A stretch of 64,000 nucleotides of DNA from Bacteriovoracaceae bacterium (lineage in GTDB: Bacteria > Bdellovibrionota > Bacteriovoracia > Bacteriovoracales > Bacteriovoracaceae). The stretch lies in assembly GCA_036770305.1 (NCBI GenBank), contig DAIPJL010000001.1:1899-65898 (forward strand), written 5' to 3'. Both the position numbers and the translations under genes were made by a program. Positions 16,985 to 25,377 of this stretch are shown here, in pieces (within the stretch, counting starts at the first letter, position 1; each line of letters starts with the position of its first letter). Below the pieces are notes generated by a model. It searched no databases and had not been told where the DNA came from. It saw only the letters and a list, made by a program, of their open reading frames with translations.

Positions 16985-19603
16985 ATGCAGGAACAAGAGT
17001 ACATTCGGATCCGGGGCGCGCGCGTTCACAACCTCAAGAACGTAGATCTCGATCTTCCGTTGCGTAAACTGGTGTGCTTCGCCGGCCCCTCGGGCTCGGG
17101 GAAGACGTCGCTCGCTTTCCACACTCTGCTGAGCGAGTCGAAGCGCCGCTTCGTGAACTCCTTCCCGAACTCCATGAAGTTCTTCGCCGACCGGCCTGCG
17201 GCGGTGGACGTCGATGAAATTTTTCCGGTGCTGCCGGTGTTCGGACTTCCGCAGATCAACCCCGTGCTGGGGTCGCGCTCCGTCGTCGCCGACGTCATGC
17301 GCGTGACGGACCTGCTGCAGGGCCTGTACTTCAACCACGCCAAAGAATACTGCCCCACGCACGACGTGGAAGTGAGCTGGGTGGGGCTCGGAGATCAGCT
17401 CCGAGCGGTCGCGCAGCCTTCGGAGACTGAGACCTGGCACCTCATCGTCGAGCGCGAACTCGGCGCGGCGATCCTCGGGGCAAACTTCGCCCCGCCGCGC
17501 AGCTGGTCTAGTCAGCGCAGGACCATGGGGACCTTCGACGCCGCCGACGACCACTGGGAGGTTCTGCGCTTCAAGGCGAGCAGCCTCGCAAGCGTCGATA
17601 AGAAATACGCAGAGATTCTCCCGGCGCTTCGGGAGCGGCCATTGCTGCTCTGGCGGGAGGGCCTCAAGCAGCCGAAGCCCTTCAGTTTCGTGTCTCAGAA
17701 GAAGTGCCCGCACTGCGACTACGCCGGCGCGAAAGGCATCTCCGTCAACTCCTTCGCTCCGCACACGGCCCTCGGCGCGTGCAAGGCCTGCAAGGGCTAC
17801 GGCGCGAACCTCGTCTACGCCGAAGAGAAGATGGTGGACCGGGATCTCTCCTTCGACGAGGACGGCGTGGTCTTCCTTAAGTTCGGTCCTCTCGACTGGT
17901 GGCGCACGCAGCTCGCGAAGCTCATGCGCAAGAAGAAGTGGCCCACTGACGTACCATTGAAGAAGCTTCCGCGCGAGTTCTTCAAACTCCTGGAGGACGG
18001 CGAGGGCGACTGGGAGGGCTTCGCCGGTGCCAAGGCCTACCTCGAGACGAAGCGCTACAAGCCCGCGGTGCGCGTGTTCATGCGCAAGATGCAACGCGAG
18101 CTCACGTGCGAGGCCTGCCAGGGCACGCGCCTCGACGAGCAGATCGCGAACTTCGCCGTCGCGCTGGCGGGCGAGCGCCGGGGCCTCGCGCAGTTTGCGA
18201 AGCTCGGCGTGAGCGCCGCAGCCGAACTGCTCGCCAAACACGGCCATCGCGCCGAAACTCACGCCGGGAAGCTCCTCGACGACCTCGCCCATAAGCTGCG
18301 GCTCGCCGAGGCCATGGGGCTGGGGCACCTGCAGCTGAGTCGCAAGACGCGCTCGCTCTCGGCCGGCGAGTACCAGCGCTTGCTGCTCCTCAAGTACCTC
18401 TCGTTCCGCGGCACCGACGCGCTCTTCGTCCTCGACGAGCCGAGCCTCGGCCTCGGCGAGACGGAGCAGGCGATGCTCATCGCCGGCCTGCGCGAACTCA
18501 TCGCACAAGGAAACACCGTGTTGGTCATCGACCACTCCCGACAGATGCTCGCCGCCGCCGACCAGCTCGTCGCGCTAGGGCCCGGTTCCGGTGGTGAGGG
18601 CGGTGTGCTCACGTACCAAGGAGCCCCCGCAGCTTTCCTCAAGGAGAGTGAGCAGGCGCTAGAAAAGTTCAAAGTCGATCGTAGCCCCGCCACGCGCTTC
18701 ATCGAGGTCGAGGGCGCGCAGAGCTTTGGCCAGAGCTGGGGGAATTTCCTTGTCCCCCTCGAGCGGCTCACCTGGGTGCATGGCCCGTCCGGAAGCGGGA
18801 AGACCTCGTGCGTGGTCCGCGTGCTCGCGCAGCAGCTCCACAAGGAGTTCTACCGCGAGAACCTCGTCGACGATCCGGGCTCTGCGAAGTCGATCAAGGG
18901 CCACAGAGGAATCCGCGACGTCATCGTCGTCGACGCGAACTTGAACCGATACACCTCGCGCTCGTCGGTGGGCACTCTCACGGAGTTCGCACCGGCCGTG
19001 CGCAAGCACTTCCTGAAGCTTCCCGTGGCGAAGGCCATGGGCCTGAAGGATGGCCACCTCTCGTCGAACTCGGAGCTCGGCATGTGTCCGCGCTGCGAAG
19101 GGAAGGGCCAGCTCGTCATCGAGATGCAGTACCTCGAGGACATCGTGCTCACCTGCGAAGACTGCAAGGGCAAGCGACTGAAGCCGGTGTACGCGGAGAT
19201 CAGCGACGGCACGATGAGCGTCGCCGAAGCCTTCAACCTTCCGCTGAACCAGGTGTTGCCGAAGATCGCGCTGACGCCGAAGTTCAAGCGCACCTGGGAG
19301 TACCTCAAGATCCTCAACCTCGACTACCTCTCACTCGAGAGGCCCCTCAACTCGCTCTCCGGTGGCGAGCGCCAGCGGCTCTACCTGCTCTCGAAGCTCC
19401 TCACGGACGTCGAAGAGTCGTTGCTGGTGTTCGAGAACCTTTCCTTCGGCCTGTCGACGCGCGAGCTCGACCGCGTGGGCCGCTTCCTGCTCGAGCTCAC
19501 GCACCGGCACAACACGCTGCTGGTGATCGACAGTGACCCCTACTTCGCTAAGCTTGCCCAGGCCCAGCTTGTGTTCGGACAGCGCTCGATCACCCTGAAG
19601 TAA
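16985..19603 (+). CDS. Divergent UvrA-like ABC ATPase (UvrA paralogue?)
   Basis: ATG at 16985 gives MQEQEYIRIRGARVHNLKNVDL...GPSGSGKTSLAF. Zinc-finger Cys pairs (CPHCDY...CKACKG; CEACQG; CPRCEGKG...CEDCKGKR). Second Walker A GPSGSGKTS. The signature and Walker B motifs are degenerate (see findings). Confidence 0.8.
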   Translation: MQEQEYIRIRGARVHNLKNVDLDLPLRKLVCFAGPSGSGKTSLAFHTLLSESKRRFVNSFPNSMKFFADRPAAVDVDEIFPVLPVFGLPQINPVLGSRSVVADVMRVTDLLQGLYFNHAKEYCPTHDVEVSWVGLGDQLRAVAQPSETETWHLIVERELGAAILGANFAPPRSWSSQRRTMGTFDAADDHWEVLRFKASSLASVDKKYAEILPALRERPLLLWREGLKQPKPFSFVSQKKCPHCDYAGAKGISVNSFAPHTALGACKACKGYGANLVYAEEKMVDRDLSFDEDGVVFLKFGPLDWWRTQLAKLMRKKKWPTDVPLKKLPREFFKLLEDGEGDWEGFAGAKAYLETKRYKPAVRVFMRKMQRELTCEACQGTRLDEQIANFAVALAGERRGLAQFAKLGVSAAAELLAKHGHRAETHAGKLLDDLAHKLRLAEAMGLGHLQLSRKTRSLSAGEYQRLLLLKYLSFRGTDALFVLDEPSLGLGETEQAMLIAGLRELIAQGNTVLVIDHSRQMLAAADQLVALGPGSGGEGGVLTYQGAPAAFLKESEQALEKFKVDRSPATRFIEVEGAQSFGQSWGNFLVPLERLTWVHGPSGSGKTSCVVRVLAQQLHKEFYRENLVDDPGSAKSIKGHRGIRDVIVVDANLNRYTSRSSVGTLTEFAPAVRKHFLKLPVAKAMGLKDGHLSSNSELGMCPRCEGKGQLVIEMQYLEDIVLTCEDCKGKRLKPVYAEISDGTMSVAEAFNLPLNQVLPKIALTPKFKRTWEYLKILNLDYLSLERPLNSLSGGERQRLYLLSKLLTDVEESLLVFENLSFGLSTRELDRVGRFLLELTHRHNTLLVIDSDPYFAKLAQAQLVFGQRSITLK

Positions 19604-19649
19604 GAGCCGGACGCTCAAGTTTTCTCCCGACTAAGCCGATCAGGCTTGT

Positions 19650-20384
19650 ATGACAAAGCTCATCGGGTTAGCGCTCACTAATTTGCTAATGATATCAGTC
19701 GCTTGGGCGGCAACTTTCGTGCCGGTGCCAATGGAGCGACTGGTTCAGCCCGCCGACGTGATCATCATGGGCGACTACCTCACGAAGAAGTTCGTGGAGC
19801 TGGAAGACGGCACCATCGCGACCGAGGCGCGCTTCAAGCTCGAGCGCGAGATTGGCCTCGACGCAGCGGAGTTTGGCCTCACCGAGGTGAAAGTCTACTA
19901 CCCGGGGGGCGTGCTCAAAGACCGCGGCACCTACGTCGACGGCGCGCCGGAGTTCGTCCCGGGCGAAAAGAGCGTCGTGCTGCTGGCCCAGGGAAGCGAT
20001 GGCCGACTCTGGGTGCAGGGTATGGCGATGGGCACCTTCAAACTCGTGAAAGTGGGCCAGAAGACCCTGATGATCAACTCCGTGTTCCCGTCGAACCCCG
20101 AGCTCTCCGCGTGGGAAGTCGGAAAGTTCCTCCGCCTCGTCTCGAGCGTGAAGCAGGACGGTCTCCGGGAAGTCCAGTCGGACAAGTACCTCCGGGAGAT
20201 GGAGAAAGAGCGCATCCGGCCCCGGACCTCGAGCGCCGGCGGCAATTCGCGCTCGATTGCGTCGGACGGAGCCTCGCAGGACAATGGAGCTGAGCCGAAC
20301 GTGATGAGCAGCTTCTGGTTGCTCGCGCTCTTCGGTGCTCTGGGGGCGCTCTTCACCTGGTGGAGGCGCGGAAACGTGAGGTAG
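19650..20384 (+). CDS. Secreted hypothetical protein with C-terminal TM/basic tail
   Basis: 244 aa. Signal peptide (LALTNLLMISVAWA). C-terminus ...FWLLALFGALGALFTWWRRGNVR. Confidence 0.65.
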   Translation: MTKLIGLALTNLLMISVAWAATFVPVPMERLVQPADVIIMGDYLTKKFVELEDGTIATEARFKLEREIGLDAAEFGLTEVKVYYPGGVLKDRGTYVDGAPEFVPGEKSVVLLAQGSDGRLWVQGMAMGTFKLVKVGQKTLMINSVFPSNPELSAWEVGKFLRLVSSVKQDGLREVQSDKYLREMEKERIRPRTSSAGGNSRSIASDGASQDNGAEPNVMSSFWLLALFGALGALFTWWRRGNVR

Positions 20385-22177
20385 GCATTAGCACTCTTGT
20401 TCGATTCATTTTCTCCGTCGTGCTCGCCACCCTCCCGGTGGCGTCGACCTTTTCCTACGTGCAGTCTGAGTCCACCCAGCGCGTCCCCATCCGCTGGGCC
20501 CGGCCAAGCGCCACCCTCGCGATCGACTCCTCCGGCGTCCAAGATGTTTCGCCGGCGCTAGCGACGTCGATCTTCGCCACTTCCCTGGGACACTGGGCCA
20601 GCTCCGTGCCCTTTAGCCTACAGCCGGTGGCCGCGGGCCAGAACCAGCTGAGCTACTCGAGCGACGCGCGCTACTTCGGCCCGGGAGTGGTGGCGGTGAC
20701 CATGCTCTCGTACGCGCCGGGTGATGGCCGCATCACCGGGGGATCGATCCTGATGAACCAGACGGCGTTCCGCGCCTTCTGCTTCACCGCGGATCCGGCG
20801 GCGACGCCGTGTACGGCTCCCGGTCGTTTCTGGGACACGCCGATCTTTCTCGGTGACGTCATCTCCCACGAGCTCGGCCACTTCATGGGCCTGGGCCACT
20901 CGGAGGTCCGCGACGCGACCATGCTCTTCTCGGCCTTCCGCGGCCAGAGCACGCCGCACGCGGACGACGTGGCCGGCGTGCGCCACATCTACGCCCGCGC
21001 GCAGAGCGGGAGCATCAGCGGCACCGTCCAGGGCGGCAGCGCGGTGGGCGTCTTCGGCGCACACGTGCAGGCCATCAGCCTGCGCACCGGCAAGGTCGCC
21101 GCGGCGGCGCTCAGTGACGAAAGCGGTGCCTTTCGCATCCATGGCCTCGACCTCGAGGACAGCTACCATCTCTACGTCGAACCACTGCGCCGCCTCGACG
21201 CGCTTCCGGACGCGTACCGGAGTTTCAAGGCGAGTTTCTGTCCGGGGAACTTCGTCGGGAGTTTCTTCGAGGCGTGTTCTGGCAATGGCCGTGGGAAGCC
21301 ACAGCGGATCTCGCTCACGAGCGCGCGGCCCTCGCGCGACGTGGGCGTCGTCTCCATCCGGTGCCAGCTCCGCGTCGGCGAGGAGTACATGGCAGCGAAG
21401 CTGAACGAGAAGCGCGGGCGCTACGAGTTTCTCGCAACGCCGGCGGAGCCCGAGCGCTCCTTCGTGGGCCTCTACTTCGCGAAAGACGAACTGCGGACCG
21501 ACGTCTTCGACGAGACCGTCGCCGACGAGGTTCGCATCGACCTGCGAGGCCTTTCCGTGCCGCTCGCGGGCCACCAGCTCGAGCTCAGCTTGCTCACCAC
21601 GAGCCTCGGCTCGGCCCTCGATCTGTCGGTGAGCATCGCCGGGCCCTTCGGCACCGTCCGCGATCCGGATCGCCTCGTCCTCGACGGTGTGCCCCAGCCG
21701 GCGCGTGAGCCGGGGACGCAGAAGCGCATCTACGAGCGCCGCTGGTCGTACCCGCTCTCGGCGACCGCGGGCCAGAACGTCTTCGTGGTGAAGCTCTCGC
21801 CGCGCGCGCTGACCACGAACGAGACGCTTCGGGACATGGCGTCCTTCGAAAATTTCGGCATCCGCGACAGGCCGTGGCTGCTCCAGACGCGCATCGTGAG
21901 CGGCGGCGTCGCGCGCTTCCTCGAGACGGCGCCGGTGGTACAGGACAACCGCAGCTGCCTCGACGCTCCCTTCACCTTCGCGGTGAAGGCCAACGGCGTG
22001 GCCGCGGCCACGCTCGACGGCCGGAGCGAAGAGGCCGGTGGTGAGGAGGCGAAGTCCCAGGCCGTGGCCTGCGGCACCGTCGGTGCGCCGCCTTCGGGTG
22101 GCGGCGGAACCCTCGTCGTCCTCGCGCTCGGTTTCCTGTGCGCGTTCCTTGGCCCGCGGCGGTCTGCAATCTCCTGA
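20360..22177 (+). CDS. Secreted metzincin-type zinc metalloprotease with C-terminal sorting-like tail
   Basis: 605 aa. Signal peptide. HELGHFMGLGHS (HExxHxxGxxH). C-terminus ...ACGTVGAPPSGGGGTLVVLALGFLCAFLGPRRSAIS. The GTG start at 20360 overlaps the previous gene by 25 nt, so the start is uncertain. Confidence 0.8.
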   Translation: MEARKREVGISTLVRFIFSVVLATLPVASTFSYVQSESTQRVPIRWARPSATLAIDSSGVQDVSPALATSIFATSLGHWASSVPFSLQPVAAGQNQLSYSSDARYFGPGVVAVTMLSYAPGDGRITGGSILMNQTAFRAFCFTADPAATPCTAPGRFWDTPIFLGDVISHELGHFMGLGHSEVRDATMLFSAFRGQSTPHADDVAGVRHIYARAQSGSISGTVQGGSAVGVFGAHVQAISLRTGKVAAAALSDESGAFRIHGLDLEDSYHLYVEPLRRLDALPDAYRSFKASFCPGNFVGSFFEACSGNGRGKPQRISLTSARPSRDVGVVSIRCQLRVGEEYMAAKLNEKRGRYEFLATPAEPERSFVGLYFAKDELRTDVFDETVADEVRIDLRGLSVPLAGHQLELSLLTTSLGSALDLSVSIAGPFGTVRDPDRLVLDGVPQPAREPGTQKRIYERRWSYPLSATAGQNVFVVKLSPRALTTNETLRDMASFENFGIRDRPWLLQTRIVSGGVARFLETAPVVQDNRSCLDAPFTFAVKANGVAAATLDGRSEEAGGEEAKSQAVACGTVGAPPSGGGGTLVVLALGFLCAFLGPRRSAIS

Positions 22178-22186
22178 AGAAGGTCT

Positions 22187-22215
22187 TTGTCTTCATCCGT
22201 TGTGTTTTGTAGAAT
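22187..22215 (+). promoter_or_regulatory. Candidate sigma70-type promoter for the AMIN-domain gene
   Basis: TTGTCT (22187-22192), a 17-nt spacer, then TAGAAT (22210-22215). It lies about 25 nt upstream of the ATG at 22240, which has a GGAGG RBS. Confidence 0.35.
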
Positions 22216-22239
22216 TTCAGCACACGGATGGAGGCGCGC

Positions 22240-22707
22240 ATGAGATACCTGTTTGTTTTTGTCGGACTCTTGGCCACGCAGGCCTTCGCCCAGAACCTCA
22301 ACGACGAGCGCATCTGGAAGCTCGTCTCCCGCAAGAAGTCGATCTACCTCAGCCACGGCGTGTTCCACCAGAACCAGGGCCCGGCGACGAAGGTCACGGC
22401 GATCCGCAGTTCGTGGGTCCCCGACCGCGGCTACGAGCGCGTGGTGATCGACTTCGAAGGCCCGGCGATTCCGCGCTTGTACGGCCACATCTCCGAGGGC
22501 GAGCAGAAGATCTCCATCGACTTCTTCAACACCGGCGTCCTGCCGGCGCTGAAGTCGCTCGCGAACACGAAGTACGTGAAAGCCGTCGACTTCCTCGCCA
22601 TCGAAAAAGACCAGCTCACGATGGAGATGCAGCTCAAGCAGAAGCTGAACTACGACGTTTTTTTCCTCGAGTCGCCGGGGCGCCTGGTCATTGACATCCG
22701 ACCCTGA
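22240..22707 (+). CDS. AMIN-domain periplasmic protein
   Basis: ATG at 22240 (GGAGG 5 nt upstream). Signal peptide MRYLFVFVGLLATQAFA. AMIN-like strands ERVVIDFEG ... PGRLVIDIRP. Confidence 0.65.
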   Translation: MRYLFVFVGLLATQAFAQNLNDERIWKLVSRKKSIYLSHGVFHQNQGPATKVTAIRSSWVPDRGYERVVIDFEGPAIPRLYGHISEGEQKISIDFFNTGVLPALKSLANTKYVKAVDFLAIEKDQLTMEMQLKQKLNYDVFFLESPGRLVIDIRP

Positions 22708-22762
22708 ACGTCCATCTTTCCCCTAGACCCTTACCGCAGCGACAGCTGTGCGGAGACCCACC

Positions 22763-25348
22763 ATGAGCAAAGAAAAGAAAACCATGAAGGCCAACTCGGA
22801 CGCGCAGTTCCTTGGGGAAATCCCTTCGGAGGTCGTGATCATTCCGATCGTGAACAGTCCGATCTTCCCGGGGATGATCGCGCCGATCATCCTCTCGGAG
22901 GACAAGTACACCTCCGAGCTCGACACCTACCTCGCGCGCCACAACTACATCGCTCTGAACCTCGTGAAGTTCAAGGACCACGAGAACTCGCACCACCACC
23001 CGCCGACGGAGATGGACGAGGCGCCGCACGACGACGACGATGCCATCGAGCACGACATCGAAGGCGCGCCGGAGACCACCAACAAGCCGCTCACGCCGCA
23101 CGACATCTACAAGGTCGGCGTGCTCTGCAAGATCGTCAAGAAACTCAAGCTCCCCGACGGCAGCGTGAACCTCCTCGTGCACGGCATGCGCCGCTACCGC
23201 GCCCTCGAGTACACCGGAGACGCCCCGCTGCTGCTGTGCCGGCCCGAGATCTTCAGTGACATCCACGAGGCCGACGAAGAGCTCGACGCGTACACGCGCT
23301 CGGTGATCAACCAGGTGAAGAAGCTCAGCGAGATCAACCCCTACTTCAACGAAGAGATGAAGCTCGCGATGCTCAACTCGCCCTCGCCGGGGAGCCTCGC
23401 CGACCTCGTCGCCTTCGCGCTCTCCCTCGACGTCCCCGAAGCCCAGGACTTCCTCGAGACCCTCGTCGTGAAGAAGCGCTTCGCGAAGCTCCTCGTGTAC
23501 CTCAAGCGCGAGAAGGACGTCGCCGACATCCAGAAGAAGATCACCGACGAAGTCAACGACAAGGTGAACAAGTACCAGCGCGAGTACTTCCTGCGCGAGC
23601 AGCTCAAGGTCATCCGCAATGAGCTCGGCCTCGACGAAGACGAGAAGGCCAAGGACATGAAGAAGCTCAAGGAGGGCATCGAAGCCGCGGGCCTTCCCGA
23701 GGACGCGCTTAAGGTCGCGCTCGAGGAGCTCGACCGCCTCGAGTCGATCCCGGACAGCTCGCCGGAGTACAACGTCACGCGCACCTACCTCCAGTGGATG
23801 GTGCAGTTGCCGTGGAACAAGGGTTCGAAGGAGTCCGTCGACATCGTCGCCGCTCGCAAGATGCTCGAGAAGGACCACTACGGCCTGGAGAAGGCCAAGG
23901 AGCGCATCCTCGAGTACCTCGCGGTTCGTAAGCTCAAGCCCGAGTACGATGGAACGATCCTCTGCCTCTCGGGCCCTCCGGGGGTCGGCAAGACCTCACT
24001 GGGCCAGAGCATCGCCCACGCCCTCGGTCGCAAGTTCTACCGCTTCTCCCTCGGCGGCATGCGCGACGAAGCGGAGATCAAGGGCCACCGCAAGACCTAC
24101 GTCGGTGCCATGCCCGGCAAGGTCATCCAGGCGCTCAAGCGCGTCGAGGTGAACAACCCGGTGATCATGCTCGACGAGATCGACAAGCTCGGGAAGAGCT
24201 ACCAGGGGGACCCGGCGTCGGCGCTCCTCGAGGTGCTCGATCCGGAGCAGAACAAGACCTTCATCGACAACTACCTCGACGTGCCCTTCGACCTCTCGAA
24301 GGTGCTCTTCATCGCCACGGCGAACTACGTCGGCGAGATCCCGGAAGCGCTCCTCGACCGCATGGAACTCATCGAGATCTCCGGCTACACGCTCGAGGAG
24401 AAGCTCTCGATCGTCACGAAGTGGGTGATCCCGAAGCAGCTCAAGAAGCACGGCCTCACGACCAAGGATGTTCGTTTCTCCGTGCCTCTTCTGAAATCGC
24501 TCATCGCCGACTACGCCCGCGAGCCGGGCGTACGGGTGATGGAGCAGCTCATCGCGAAGCTCTGCCGCCGCGCGGCCCTCGAGAAGGTCTCCGGGAAAAA
24601 GCGTTCGGCGTTCTCGCCGACGCCGGCTGACCTCGAGAAGATCATCGGTAGCAAGCGCTTCGAGACCGACAAGGCCGAGAAGCCGCTCATGCCCGGCGTG
24701 GTCACGGGCCTCGCCTGGACCTCCTTCGGCGGCGACATCCTCTTCATCGAATCGATCCCGCTCAAGGGCAAGGGCTTCAAACTCACGGGTCAGCTGGGTG
24801 ACGTCATGAACGAGTCGGCGAACCTCGCGTACAGCTACGTGAAGAAGATGCTCCAGGACGAGATGGAGCTGCAGAAAGCAAAAGAGAAGAAAGCGAAGCC
24901 GGCGCCGAAGCGCACCGGCAAGATGATCAACGTCCCCGCGAACCCGGCGGACGTGCTAAAGGTCACGCCACCCACAGTGGCGGAGGAGGCGACGGACTTC
25001 CTCGCGACCCACGAGATCCACCTCCACCTGCCCGCGGGCGCGACGCCGAAGGACGGCCCGTCGGCGGGGATCACCATGGCCCTCGCGCTCTACAGCCTCG
25101 CGACGAAGAAGAAAGTCCGCGGTGACGTGGCGATGACCGGCGAGCTTTCGCTAACGGGGAAAGTGCTCCCGGTCGGCGGGATCAAAGAAAAAGTTCTCGC
25201 GGCGAAGCGCGCGGGCATCAAGGAGATCATCCTTCCGTGGCAGAACGAGAAGGACCTCAAGGAAGTCCCCGAGCGGCACCGCAAGGGCCTGCGCTTCCAC
25301 CCTGTGCGGCACTTCGACGAAGTGCTGCGGATCGCGTTGCGGAAGTAG
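22763..25348 (+). CDS. lon: ATP-dependent Lon protease
   Basis: ATG at 22763 with a GGAG RBS. Walker A GPPGVGKTSLGQSIA, MLDEIDKL, protease serine motif PKDGPSAGITMA. Confidence 0.96.
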   Translation: MSKEKKTMKANSDAQFLGEIPSEVVIIPIVNSPIFPGMIAPIILSEDKYTSELDTYLARHNYIALNLVKFKDHENSHHHPPTEMDEAPHDDDDAIEHDIEGAPETTNKPLTPHDIYKVGVLCKIVKKLKLPDGSVNLLVHGMRRYRALEYTGDAPLLLCRPEIFSDIHEADEELDAYTRSVINQVKKLSEINPYFNEEMKLAMLNSPSPGSLADLVAFALSLDVPEAQDFLETLVVKKRFAKLLVYLKREKDVADIQKKITDEVNDKVNKYQREYFLREQLKVIRNELGLDEDEKAKDMKKLKEGIEAAGLPEDALKVALEELDRLESIPDSSPEYNVTRTYLQWMVQLPWNKGSKESVDIVAARKMLEKDHYGLEKAKERILEYLAVRKLKPEYDGTILCLSGPPGVGKTSLGQSIAHALGRKFYRFSLGGMRDEAEIKGHRKTYVGAMPGKVIQALKRVEVNNPVIMLDEIDKLGKSYQGDPASALLEVLDPEQNKTFIDNYLDVPFDLSKVLFIATANYVGEIPEALLDRMELIEISGYTLEEKLSIVTKWVIPKQLKKHGLTTKDVRFSVPLLKSLIADYAREPGVRVMEQLIAKLCRRAALEKVSGKKRSAFSPTPADLEKIIGSKRFETDKAEKPLMPGVVTGLAWTSFGGDILFIESIPLKGKGFKLTGQLGDVMNESANLAYSYVKKMLQDEMELQKAKEKKAKPAPKRTGKMINVPANPADVLKVTPPTVAEEATDFLATHEIHLHLPAGATPKDGPSAGITMALALYSLATKKKVRGDVAMTGELSLTGKVLPVGGIKEKVLAAKRAGIKEIILPWQNEKDLKEVPERHRKGLRFHPVRHFDEVLRIALRK

Positions 25349-25377
25349 TCTCTTTGCCGCGCGGACAAAGGTAAGGC

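Noticed and set aside
16976-18535. 519-aa minus-strand ORF opposite the UvrA-like gene
   Set aside because: It is antisense to a frame that contains Walker A loops and Zn-finger Cys pairs. Its composition is typical of high-GC antisense frames.
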